Below, one piece after another: positions 19,124-28,464 of a DNA stretch of 64,000 bases. This DNA comes from an uncultured Candidatus Saccharibacteria bacterium (lineage in GTDB: Bacteria; Patescibacteriota; CALEFQ01). The stretch lies in NCBI GenBank assembly GCA_965230955.1, contig OZ246404.1, positions 856,790 to 920,789 of the forward strand, given 5' to 3'. Under the pieces are notes generated by a model. The model was not told where the DNA came from. It saw only the letters and a program-made list of their open reading frames with translations, and did not search any database. The translations under genes and the position numbers were made by a program. How positions within the stretch are numbered: position 1 is the stretch's first letter; every line of letters starts with the position of its first letter.

Positions 19124-22100
19124 TTATTTATCTTCCGCCTGCGCCTGAACTTGCCCGGTCAAATCATCCAGAGTGGTAATCTTCAGCCAAGGCTTATCAA
19201 CGCCCCGCTTTTTGCGGCGGGTAAAGAGATAGATCAAAACGGGGACAATCACCAATGATCCAACGGTCGAACAAACCAAACCGGCAATCAGCGAAGTCCC
19301 AAGCCCGGTCCAGAAAGGATCATTGATCGTCAGCGGGATAATACCGCCGATGGTCGTAATAGTCGTGGAAAGAATCGGCTTAATTCTGCCTCGGCCCGTC
19401 TCCGCCAGTGCCTGCGCCAGAGAAAACTGCGGATTGGTGCGTTTCACACGATTATAATAATCGATTAAAACAATCGCGTTATTAACGACAATTCCCACCA
19501 AGGCGATGATGCCCAAACCGGAAACCATGTCCAAAGTCGAACCGACCCAGAAAAGCGCCGGGAAGACACCGATCAAACCCATGGGAATAGTCAGCATGAT
19601 GATAAACGGTTCGCCGTAGCTATTGAATTGATAAACCAGAACCAGATATACCAGCAACATAGCGATGATCAATACAATTTGCAGACGACTAGAAGTATCC
19701 ATCATTGAAGCATACTCCCCGCCATAGACCACGTCGTCCGGCTCCAGTCCGTATTCCTGAAGTTTATCTTCAGTCAAATAATCTTTGATTGCTTGCTCTA
19801 AAGTCGCTTTGTCACCGTCTTTGGTCAGTTTTACTTTGAATGATCCGACGCGCTCGCGATTCAGCCGGCTGATGGTATCCAAACGATCGGTCTCGCTGAC
19901 ACGCGCCACCTCTGAGAGCTTGAAAGGAAGCGCTGTGGTCGTAGCGCCGATTACCGGCACGTCTTTCAAATCAGTCGTCGATTCACGAGCCGATTCGCGG
20001 TAGACGACCGACACTTTGTCCGAAACGCCGTCAGCCCGGACGACAACTTTGCCGGCATCTGATTCGCTGAAAACAGAATTGATCGCCATTGAAGCAAAGA
20101 AAGCACTGCTCTGTTTCTGAGACAATTTCACCGGATCCAGTTCGACACTGACCGAAGGAGTCATTATATCTTTCGGCCCATTCAGCACGCGATCGACCTG
20201 TTCTTGATCGTTGGCGAATTTTTCCAAATCATCGACCAATCGAGTAACTCCGTCGCTATTAGATGAAGCTAATTCAACGATCACGTCAAATTCCTGAGCC
20301 GGCGGACCATAGCTCTGCGAATTAACTGAAATAATTTTCCCGTCGGTGCGAAGCTCCTCAACTTTTTGATCCAAATCATCGCCGATTTGCTGAGAAGTCA
20401 GATCAGTATCGCGCTCGGTCGGTTCGGTAATGAAAATCATGAAACTGCCCTGCCAGAAAAAGTAACTTTCAAAATGGGGAATCGTCAGAATCTTCTCGCC
20501 CAGTTCGCGATAAGTTTCGTTTTGCACTCCCCGCGGCGTGCCGGACGGAAATTTTATCGCCAATGATATTTGTTCTCCGTCCATCGTGGGAAACTGCGAA
20601 AACGGCAACCGCGGCAGGAAATAACTGAAACTACCGATCAGTAAAACCACGGGGATGACAACAGAAAGAATCAAGCCTTTCTTGGTCGTCAGTACCCGCC
20701 GAATAAACTTGTAATAGCTGTTCACTAAAAGGTCAACCGAATGCTGGGCATAATAGATCAGCACGGGGAAAACGGAAATTTTTTCCCAACGTTTGAAAGT
20801 ATGCGCCCCATTGCCGTTACTCGGCTTGCCCAGCAGCCAGATACCAAACAGCGGCGTAATGGTAATCGCCAAAAAATATGATGCCACCAGCATGAGGACC
20901 AACGTGATTGGAATGTATTTCAAGAACTCGCCCATAATCCCGCCCATGAAAGCGTATGGAATCAAAGCGATGACAGTCGTGACCGTAGCTGCAAGTATTG
21001 CCGCGCCGTAATCGTGAACGGATTTAAGCGCCGCGGCGAATTTGTTCATCCCGCGCTTGAGATTATCCAGCATGCCGGAGGCAATCACGATCGCGTTATC
21101 GACCACCATACCCAGCGAGAGAATCATGGCAAACAAAGTCAAAATGTTTAGAGTATAACCAAGCAACGGCATGACAAACCAAGCAATCAAGAAAGAAATA
21201 GGCAAAACCAACGCCACCAGCAAGCCGGCGCGCAGACTGACAAAAAACAGCAACACGACCAAGATAATGATCAAACCTTGCCAGCCGTTTTCCGCCAGAT
21301 CGCCGATCAAACTGCGGACAAAAGGCGAGGTATCATAAACCAGATTCAATTCGACATCGTCCGGGACAATATTTTTTTCATGAATTTGCCCCACCGCTTC
21401 TTTGATGGCGTCGGAAACTCGCAGTACATCGCCATCACTCTTTTTAGTCGCCAATAAATAAATCGCTTCGGTGGATTTCGCTGTACCGTCGCCGTTGATA
21501 TAACCCGCTAAAGTAAAAGCCTCGTCAACCGGCACACGTTCGATTTCCGCAATATCACTGAGTTTGATCGGTCCAATCGAAATTTTCTTGAAGTCATCTA
21601 AATTATTGACTGGTGATTCAATGACGATCGGTTTCTCCCGCCCGTCACCGGTTTTGACAAAACCGCCGGGCAGAGCCGAAGTCGCACCTTTGATGGATTC
21701 CACCACCGTTTCCTTGGTCAAGCGATAACGCGCTAATTTGGCTTCGTCCAGGGTAACTTGAATTTCCATCTCCGCGCCGGGCATAACTTCCACTGTTTTG
21801 ATCTCGGGTGAAACGGATTCCAGATAATTCACCACTGGCGGCGACATTTCCAGTAATTCGGTACGAGAACGCTCGTCGCTGGAAAGAACATAGGCCACGG
21901 TCGGGCCGGTAATATCAACCTGATCGACCTGAATTTCCACTTTTCCCGGCAAATTGGCTTCGCGAGTTTTGTTTTCAATATCGGTGACCCGTTGTTCCAA
22001 GTTTTTAAAATCATCGAATTCGATGAAAATCCCTCCAAAATTATTGGAAGACGTCGAACGGAGATTTTTGATCCCCTCGACTTCATAGATTTTGTTTTCC

Positions 22101-22336
22101 AAAGGGATAACCACTTCCTGTTCCACGTCGCCGGAACTCGCCCCGGGATAAATGGCGTTGACCAGTACCATATTGCCAGGAATATTCGGAAAATCCTGCT
22201 TGGGAATGTCACGCACACCGAAATAACCGGCGATGATCAGAGCCACCAGCAATAAAATTGTCACCCGATACCGATCAATAAAAAATCGCGCCCACCGGGC
22301 GAAACCATTCGGCTTGAAATTCAGTTGTTTGTCCAT
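19124..22336 (-). CDS. RND superfamily efflux transporter permease
   Basis: 1070 aa with twofold-repeated 6-TM bundles and large periplasmic loops, typical of AcrB-like transporters. Confidence 0.85.
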   Translation of the reverse strand: MDKQLNFKPNGFARWARFFIDRYRVTILLLVALIIAGYFGVRDIPKQDFPNIPGNMVLVNAIYPGASSGDVEQEVVIPLENKIYEVEGIKNLRSTSSNNFGGIFIEFDDFKNLEQRVTDIENKTREANLPGKVEIQVDQVDITGPTVAYVLSSDERSRTELLEMSPPVVNYLESVSPEIKTVEVMPGAEMEIQVTLDEAKLARYRLTKETVVESIKGATSALPGGFVKTGDGREKPIVIESPVNNLDDFKKISIGPIKLSDIAEIERVPVDEAFTLAGYINGDGTAKSTEAIYLLATKKSDGDVLRVSDAIKEAVGQIHEKNIVPDDVELNLVYDTSPFVRSLIGDLAENGWQGLIIILVVLLFFVSLRAGLLVALVLPISFLIAWFVMPLLGYTLNILTLFAMILSLGMVVDNAIVIASGMLDNLKRGMNKFAAALKSVHDYGAAILAATVTTVIALIPYAFMGGIMGEFLKYIPITLVLMLVASYFLAITITPLFGIWLLGKPSNGNGAHTFKRWEKISVFPVLIYYAQHSVDLLVNSYYKFIRRVLTTKKGLILSVVIPVVLLIGSFSYFLPRLPFSQFPTMDGEQISLAIKFPSGTPRGVQNETYRELGEKILTIPHFESYFFWQGSFMIFITEPTERDTDLTSQQIGDDLDQKVEELRTDGKIISVNSQSYGPPAQEFDVIVELASSNSDGVTRLVDDLEKFANDQEQVDRVLNGPKDIMTPSVSVELDPVKLSQKQSSAFFASMAINSVFSESDAGKVVVRADGVSDKVSVVYRESARESTTDLKDVPVIGATTTALPFKLSEVARVSETDRLDTISRLNRERVGSFKVKLTKDGDKATLEQAIKDYLTEDKLQEYGLEPDDVVYGGEYASMMDTSSRLQIVLIIAMLLVYLVLVYQFNSYGEPFIIMLTIPMGLIGVFPALFWVGSTLDMVSGLGIIALVGIVVNNAIVLIDYYNRVKRTNPQFSLAQALAETGRGRIKPILSTTITTIGGIIPLTINDPFWTGLGTSLIAGLVCSTVGSLVIVPVLIYLFTRRKKRGVDKPWLKITTLDDLTGQVQAQAEDK

Positions 22337-22449
22337 ATAAGCTTTTTATTTAAAATTACGCGAATTTGCTTATTTTAACATAAGAAATAGAAAAAGCAAG
22401 GATCGGCCACGAAAAAAGAGGGTCGAGCTTAAGCACAATCCTCTTGTGT

Positions 22450-23154
22450 TTAATTTTGACACAAATAATCGCACGGATCAACCCAACCGCTTAAGTCAGC
22501 AGAATTTGAAACATACCCTTTAACATTGACTGCCGATCCGCGGTGAATTCCCAAGTGAAGGTGTTTGCGCTCCCGGTCTGTGTCGGCACTGCTATCGTCC
22601 CCCAGCACAGCGAAAGCTTCATCGGCGGCTAAGATGTCCCCAACATTTTGCGAAATACTCGCTAATTTAATGTGACCGTAAAGCACCGTGATGGGCACGC
22701 CATCAAGCGTGCAACTCTGGATAACAACTCCCCCATATCCGCCAACAGTTTCTTTCCTCATCAAAGAACCGGAGCAAATCGCTCTAACGGCTACAACTTC
22801 ATCCGTCTCTTCCGGAAAAATTTCGAAATCCACGCCGGTATGATAGCCGCTGAATCGCTCCGGCCGGATTGGAGAATTCTGGGGCGTAATATATTGGCCG
22901 AATTTTTTCTTCGTCACCCGTTCATCAGCACGGTCAAGGGGAGCAACAAAGTCATTCGTAATGTTAGGGGTAACTTCTGTAATTGTTATAGTTGGCGTCG
23001 TGATTGATACGGACAGAGGTGTGGCCGTGGGAGAAATTAGGGTCGACACAAGCTGATTATCTGATAACGGACTCGGCCTGATAAAAAACCAAACTAGAAA
23101 TATCCCCAGGGCCACTAGCCCGGTGATTAAGACCAGATAGTATTTTTTATCCAT
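22450..23154 (-). CDS. M23 family metallopeptidase (LytM-like)
   Basis: HTGVDF, GGYGGVV and HLHLGI motifs (HxxxD ... HxH). N-terminal TM anchor. Confidence 0.8.
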   Translation of the reverse strand: MDKKYYLVLITGLVALGIFLVWFFIRPSPLSDNQLVSTLISPTATPLSVSITTPTITITEVTPNITNDFVAPLDRADERVTKKKFGQYITPQNSPIRPERFSGYHTGVDFEIFPEETDEVVAVRAICSGSLMRKETVGGYGGVVIQSCTLDGVPITVLYGHIKLASISQNVGDILAADEAFAVLGDDSSADTDRERKHLHLGIHRGSAVNVKGYVSNSADLSGWVDPCDYLCQN

Positions 23155-23205
23155 ATTTATATTCTATCGTTTATCCTCTCATTGTGCAAAACTGTAAACG
23201 TCAAA

Positions 23206-23236
23206 ACAGGGGCGGGCTAAGCCTGCCCCTGTTATA
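23206..23236 (-). terminator. Terminator after the 766-aa repeat-protein gene
   Basis: ACAGGGGCGGGCTAAGCCTGCCCCTGT hairpin plus a T-run on the reverse strand. Confidence 0.7.
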
Positions 23237-23253
23237 TCGATATCATAATTATT

Positions 23254-25554
23254 CTAGAAATTCGCCACGGCTACATCCGCTCCCGCTTTCTGGGTTGCGG
23301 CGTAAGCGTAAAAGCCCGGAGTGAAAACAGCCTGTCCGTTGTATTTGAACGTGCGCACTTGAGCCGCATTTGCCGTTTTCGGCACCGTCACAATTTCCGC
23401 CTTGCCGTCGCTATTGAGATCGCCGGCGCTGATCAGGAACCCGGTTTTGATGCTACGCGCGTAAGCGTAGAAACCTTGGTTCAGTTTGGCTTTGCCGGTA
23501 GAGTCAAAGATTCGAACCTGGGCGGGAAAACCCTCGCCCGGGACAGTGACAATTTCATCTTTCCCGTCACCATTCAAGTCCGCGACCGCCACGTCGCCGC
23601 CGGTCGGCAATGTCCCGTAGGGATAGAAACCGGTCGTCCCTTTTGATTTACCGGTGTAATCGAAAATCCGAACTTGCGCTTGGGTACCGCGTTCGGGCAC
23701 AGTCACGATTTCCGCTTTGCCGTCTTTGTTCACATCACCGGCGGAAACACGCAGTCCGACTCTTAGACCCTGGGAATAGGCAAAGAATCCCTTGGACAAA
23801 ACAGACTGACCATTGCCGTTGAAAATTTTAACTTGCGGCCCGCAACCGGTTCCGGGGGTGGTAATGATTTCATCTATTCCATTTCCGTCCAGATCGGCCG
23901 CGGCGACATCCGTGCCGCAACGCAGGTTCCGGTCGTAGGCGTAGAAACCATTTTTGTTAAATTTGGGGGTTCCTTGTTTGTCAAAAACTCGGACGAGAGG
24001 CGCGCCGGCTCCACGCGGCGCGGCGATAATCTCGTCAATACCGTCACCGTCCAAATCACCGGTCGCCACATTGATTCCGCCCCGGAAAGTGGCGGCAAAT
24101 GTCATCAGATTTTTCGGTTTGCTCGCCTCATTGCCATAAGCGCTGTAAGAGCGCAACCACGGAGCGGCTCCGGCCCCGGCGCCGGTCACAATATGTCCTT
24201 TATTGATCACTTTCATCGTGAACTCTTCGGTCGCCGTCTGAGTCGGCGTACTGTAATCGGTCACTTGAACGGTAAACGTATGGTTTCCGCCTTCTTTCGG
24301 CGTACCGGAAATCGTCCCGGTATCGACATCAATATTTAGTCCGTCCGGCAAAGCACCGTCGCTGATTGACCACTGATGAGCCGGTGTACCGTTCGCAACA
24401 CTTATCTTTTGTTCATAACTTTTTCCTTCTGACGCGGTGCTCAATGAAGTCGTAGTAATATCAAAGGGGCCGATTTTTTCGGAACGCCAAATTTCGACTC
24501 CGGTGGTACTGTTGCTGGTCGCGACATACATCCGGTCGCCCCACTGCGTCATGCTATAGAAAGCAAAATTATTAGCATCTCCTTTCCCGTTTTCGATTTC
24601 TTTAGCCCAATCCACTCCGTTATCTGTCCGCCACAAGTTAGCGCCCGCTACCCAGTTTCTGATTCCGGTGTAAATCGTGCCGTTCACTACCATCGGATGA
24701 ATCGAGGGCCAATCGCCGTTGAAAGCTGTCGTAACTTTGCTCCAAGTCGTTCCGTCGGGGGAAGACCAAACCTGGGAGGAACTCGAGGTACCATTTAGGG
24801 TGAAAGCGTAAAGTTTATTATCAAATTTAACCATTCCCGCTACCGCAGAATTACTGGAATCCCCAAAACCGGCGCTACTGGCCGCGGTCCAAGTCGTACC
24901 ATCGGCCGTACGCCAAATTCGGCCTCCACCGACGGCAATAGTTCCGCAATATAACTGGTCGTTAAAAACATATAATGAATTCGCACCATAAGCATTACTG
25001 CCGAAACCATCGGTGTTAACCTGGGTCCAGCTTGCTCCATCAGCGGTGCGCCAAACTTCTACTCCGGTAGTCTGATTTCCAACCGCCGCATAGAGATGAT
25101 CGCCAAAAACTTGCAGGGAAACCAGCTCATAATTATTGTTGGCATCACCAAAACCATCGACATTGGCCTGGGCCCAATCGGTCCCGTTGCGGCTCCGCCA
25201 AACTCTGGTTGGCTCCCCACTGAGTGCCGCAGTAGAAATGGTAAAAAGATCCCCCCGGAAAACGGCAAAATCCTCGACATATTGATTGGCCGAGTTTCCA
25301 AAACCATCCGCGCTAACTTTGGTCCAGTCGGTTCCGCCAGAACTGCGCCAAACACTGCCGCCATTGATTGTGTTCCCGATTGCCAAGTACATGTAACCGC
25401 CCCACTCCTGAGGCGCAAAAACCAGCTGGTTATTGGCACTGCCAAAACCATCGGTGCTGACCTGCTCCCAACTGAGAGCCTGGGCCTGGCCGGCAACAGC
25501 ACAAAACAGCACGGCCACGGCCGCGACACTTAGCCAAATAAAGACTTTTTTCAT
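23254..25554 (-). CDS. Secreted multi-repeat protein: BNR/Asp-box propeller, Ig-like (He_PIG-type) domain, FG-GAP repeats
   Basis: Signal peptide. Seven or more WRxxxGxxW Asp-box-like repeats. A central Ig-like segment (ISDGALPDGLNIDVDTGTISGTP). Five C-terminal DxDGDGxDE FG-GAP-like repeats. Confidence 0.7.
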   Translation of the reverse strand: MKKVFIWLSVAAVAVLFCAVAGQAQALSWEQVSTDGFGSANNQLVFAPQEWGGYMYLAIGNTINGGSVWRSSGGTDWTKVSADGFGNSANQYVEDFAVFRGDLFTISTAALSGEPTRVWRSRNGTDWAQANVDGFGDANNNYELVSLQVFGDHLYAAVGNQTTGVEVWRTADGASWTQVNTDGFGSNAYGANSLYVFNDQLYCGTIAVGGGRIWRTADGTTWTAASSAGFGDSSNSAVAGMVKFDNKLYAFTLNGTSSSSQVWSSPDGTTWSKVTTAFNGDWPSIHPMVVNGTIYTGIRNWVAGANLWRTDNGVDWAKEIENGKGDANNFAFYSMTQWGDRMYVATSNSTTGVEIWRSEKIGPFDITTTSLSTASEGKSYEQKISVANGTPAHQWSISDGALPDGLNIDVDTGTISGTPKEGGNHTFTVQVTDYSTPTQTATEEFTMKVINKGHIVTGAGAGAAPWLRSYSAYGNEASKPKNLMTFAATFRGGINVATGDLDGDGIDEIIAAPRGAGAPLVRVFDKQGTPKFNKNGFYAYDRNLRCGTDVAAADLDGNGIDEIITTPGTGCGPQVKIFNGNGQSVLSKGFFAYSQGLRVGLRVSAGDVNKDGKAEIVTVPERGTQAQVRIFDYTGKSKGTTGFYPYGTLPTGGDVAVADLNGDGKDEIVTVPGEGFPAQVRIFDSTGKAKLNQGFYAYARSIKTGFLISAGDLNSDGKAEIVTVPKTANAAQVRTFKYNGQAVFTPGFYAYAATQKAGADVAVANF

Positions 25555-25680
25555 TTTTGTCTCCGACTGGCCAATATAAATGAGGCCAGTAATTAGTTTT
25601 TGTTGATTTTTGCTTATTATCTATATTTTATCATGAAAAAGGAGTTCGGGCAATATATGCCTAAAAAATGTGTGACCTAA

Positions 25681-25709
25681 AAAGGGGTGGGCTTAAGCCC
25701 ACCCCTTTT
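25681..25709 (-). terminator. Terminator after the 684-aa repeat-protein gene
   Basis: AAAGGGGTGGGCTTAAGCCCACCCCTTTT hairpin. Confidence 0.7.
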
Positions 25710-25732
25710 TCGTATGGAAACGATCTAATCTC

Positions 25733-27787
25733 TTAGAAATTCCCCACCGCCACATCGGCTCCGGCTTTCTGCGTCGCGGAATAAGCATAGAAACCGGGGG
25801 TGAAAATCACACTACCGTTTGATTTAAAGGTCCGCACCTGGGCCGGACTGCCGGTTTTGGGTACCGTCACAATTTCCGCCTTGCCGTCACGATTAAGATC
25901 CCCGGCATTGATCAAGAAACCGTTTTTGACACTGCGGGCATAGGCATAGAAGCCGGGATTAATTACCGCTTTCCCGGTCGAGTCAAAAATCCGCACTTGA
26001 GCCGGGAAGCCCTCGCCCGGTACCGTGATAATTTCAGCTTTTCCATTGCCATCCAAATCGGCCACCGCCACATCACCGCCCGTGCGCTGACTGCCATACG
26101 GATAGAAACCGGCAGTACCTTTCACCCGGCCGGAGTAATCAAAGACTCTGACTTGCCCCGGTACGCCTCGTTCCGGAACGGTCACAATTTCCGCTTTGCC
26201 GTCTTTGTTCACATCTCCCGCCGCAATTCTGGCGCCTACTCGCAGACCGGAACCGTAGGCGAAGAAACCCTTCGTCAAAACCGTCTGCCCATTGGCGTCA
26301 AATATTTTTACCTGCGGGCCGCAACCGGCGCCGGGAATAGTGATAATTTCATCCAAACCATTGCCGTCAACATCGGCCGCGGCGACATCCGTGCCGCAAC
26401 GCAGGTTCTTGTCATAGGCGTAAAATCCCGTGCGACTGAATTTAATATTGCCGTCTTTGTCAAAAACCCGAACTTGCGCCGCCCCGTTGCCGCGGGGGGC
26501 AACGATAATTTCGTCAGTTCCATCCCCGTCCAAATCCCCCGTGGCGACATTGACCCCGCCCCGGAAAGTACCGGCAAAGGCCATCAAATTGCGAGGAGAA
26601 TTTTGCTCGCGTCCGTAAGCATTAAATTTCCGCACCCACGGCGTCGCTCCGGCGCCGGACGCCGTCACCAAATATCCTTGCGGCCAGACATTGATCCGCT
26701 CGGAACGATAAAGTTTCGCACCACCAAAAGAACTGAGAGCCGCATAGATCCGATCTCCCCACAAAGTCATCCCGTAAACCGAGTAACTGGTGCTACTTCC
26801 TTGGCCATCGGACATTTCAGATTTCCAATCCACTCCGTTGTTTGTACTCCAGACTCCTCCTCCGTTCTTCGTATTGGAATAACCGACATACAAACTGCCG
26901 TCGGCCACAACCGGCCGCATGAAAATCCAATATGTTTCGACATTGCCAAATCCATCAGTATTGACTTGGGTCCAAGTGTCACTATCGCCATCAGCCGAGC
27001 GCCAAGCTTCCGTCCCGGTGACATCGTTATAGGTAAAAGAATATAGCTCGTCATTGAAACGCACAAAGGAACCGATTCCCTCGTTATTCGCATCGCCAAA
27101 TCCGTCACTGATCACCTCTTTCCAAGCTGTTCCGTTGGACGTGCGCCAAATTTTTCCCGCGCCGTTATTCAGCACGCCGCAATAAAGTTGGCCGTCAAAT
27201 TCGTAGAGATCCGTGATTTCATAATTGGAAACCGCACCGCCGTCAAAATCGTCATCATTCGCTTGCGACCAATCGGTCCCATTGGCGGTACGCCAAATTT
27301 CCGCGCCGGTAGTATGATTACCTGTTCCCGCATAAAGCTGGCCATCGAAAACCTCCAGAGCAACCAGTTCCGATAAATTCTTAGTATCACCAAACCCGTC
27401 ACCACCGACCTGGCTCCAGTCCGAGCCGTTTCTTGAACGCCAAACTTCCGTTCCGGTGTCGAAGTTGGCGGCAATCGCATAAAGGTCTCCGTTGAAAACC
27501 GCGAAATCTTCAATAAACATATTGTTGTCGTTACCAAAACCGCCGCTACTTACTCGCTCCCAATCAGCTCCGCCGCTACTGCGCCAAACTTCCGCCCCGG
27601 CAGAACCAGTGACACCAGCATACATGTAGCCGCCCCAAATCGAAGGAGCAAAAACAATACTATTGGCACTGCCCCAGTACTGCTGGGTGTCAATTTTTTC
27701 CCAGCTTACCGCTTGAGCAGATCCCGCCATTAACAAAAACAATACGGCGGCCACCGCGATCCCCAGATTGATAAATAATTTTTTCAT
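25733..27787 (-). CDS. Paralogous secreted BNR-propeller / FG-GAP repeat protein (lacks the Ig-like insert)
   Basis: Same architecture and a near-identical C-terminal half to the adjacent 766-aa protein. Confidence 0.7.
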   Translation of the reverse strand: MKKLFINLGIAVAAVLFLLMAGSAQAVSWEKIDTQQYWGSANSIVFAPSIWGGYMYAGVTGSAGAEVWRSSGGADWERVSSGGFGNDNNMFIEDFAVFNGDLYAIAANFDTGTEVWRSRNGSDWSQVGGDGFGDTKNLSELVALEVFDGQLYAGTGNHTTGAEIWRTANGTDWSQANDDDFDGGAVSNYEITDLYEFDGQLYCGVLNNGAGKIWRTSNGTAWKEVISDGFGDANNEGIGSFVRFNDELYSFTYNDVTGTEAWRSADGDSDTWTQVNTDGFGNVETYWIFMRPVVADGSLYVGYSNTKNGGGVWSTNNGVDWKSEMSDGQGSSTSYSVYGMTLWGDRIYAALSSFGGAKLYRSERINVWPQGYLVTASGAGATPWVRKFNAYGREQNSPRNLMAFAGTFRGGVNVATGDLDGDGTDEIIVAPRGNGAAQVRVFDKDGNIKFSRTGFYAYDKNLRCGTDVAAADVDGNGLDEIITIPGAGCGPQVKIFDANGQTVLTKGFFAYGSGLRVGARIAAGDVNKDGKAEIVTVPERGVPGQVRVFDYSGRVKGTAGFYPYGSQRTGGDVAVADLDGNGKAEIITVPGEGFPAQVRIFDSTGKAVINPGFYAYARSVKNGFLINAGDLNRDGKAEIVTVPKTGSPAQVRTFKSNGSVIFTPGFYAYSATQKAGADVAVGNF

Positions 27788-27899
27788 TTTTGTCTCCCGC
27801 TGGCCAAAAGAAGCTTGGCCAGTAATTAGTAACGTTGATTTTTATATTTCATTTTGCTATTTCAGACTTGCTTCTATTTTCGATATTTTAATTTCTGAT

Positions 27900-28301
27900 T
27901 TATTTCTCCGTCGTCTGTCCGTCAAATTCCGGACCGTCAGCCGTCGCTTCAGCTTTGGTCGCGCGAATCACGCCGTCTTTGTGATGCGCCGGAGAGTAAA
28001 TCGTGTAAAGCTTTAGTTCGTCGGTATCGGAAGTATTGATAATGTTATGCTGAGCGCCGGCCGGCACGACAATGGCACTGCCATCGGCCAGCGAATATTC
28101 GTTGCCGTCAATTATGCATTTGCCGGTTCCTTTTTCAAAACGAAAAAACTGGTCATTGTCCTGATGGACTTCCATGCCGATATCTTCTTTCGGCTTAAGA
28201 CTCATCAGCACCAGTTGGCTGTGTTTACCGGTATAGAGTACGTGGCGAAAATCGGAGTTTTTTAATGTTTCTTGTTCAATGTTGGCGTTAAAACCTTTCA
28301 T
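27900..28301 (-). CDS. Cupin-domain protein
   Basis: Cupin motifs (GMEVHQDNDQFFRFEKGTG...AIVVPAGAQHNIIN). The start was moved to the internal Met (MKGFNANI). Confidence 0.7.
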   Translation of the reverse strand: MKGFNANIEQETLKNSDFRHVLYTGKHSQLVLMSLKPKEDIGMEVHQDNDQFFRFEKGTGKCIIDGNEYSLADGSAIVVPAGAQHNIINTSDTDELKLYTIYSPAHHKDGVIRATKAEATADGPEFDGQTTEK

Positions 28302-28464
28302 GTTAATAAATTTAAGGATTAATAAGTGTTTTGTTTTAGGAAGCTTGATACCATTATAGCAGAAATAATAACCAATATCCAATAACAAATATCAAATAAA
28401 ATTCAATACCCAAGATAGAAATGTAATCATTTTGACATTGGCATTGAATTTTATTTGATATTGG

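Noticed and set aside
22440-22470. Short palindrome TTGTGTCAAAATTAAACACAA at the 3' end of the M23 gene, upstream of the RND operon
   Set aside because: A 6-bp inverted repeat in AT-rich sequence is expected by chance. There is no second copy and no matching regulator gene nearby.
25059-27108. Numerous 60-350-aa ORFs on both strands inside the two BNR/FG-GAP genes
   Set aside because: They are shadow frames of long repetitive Gly/Asp-rich coding sequence. The main frames have signal peptides and consistent repeat periodicity.
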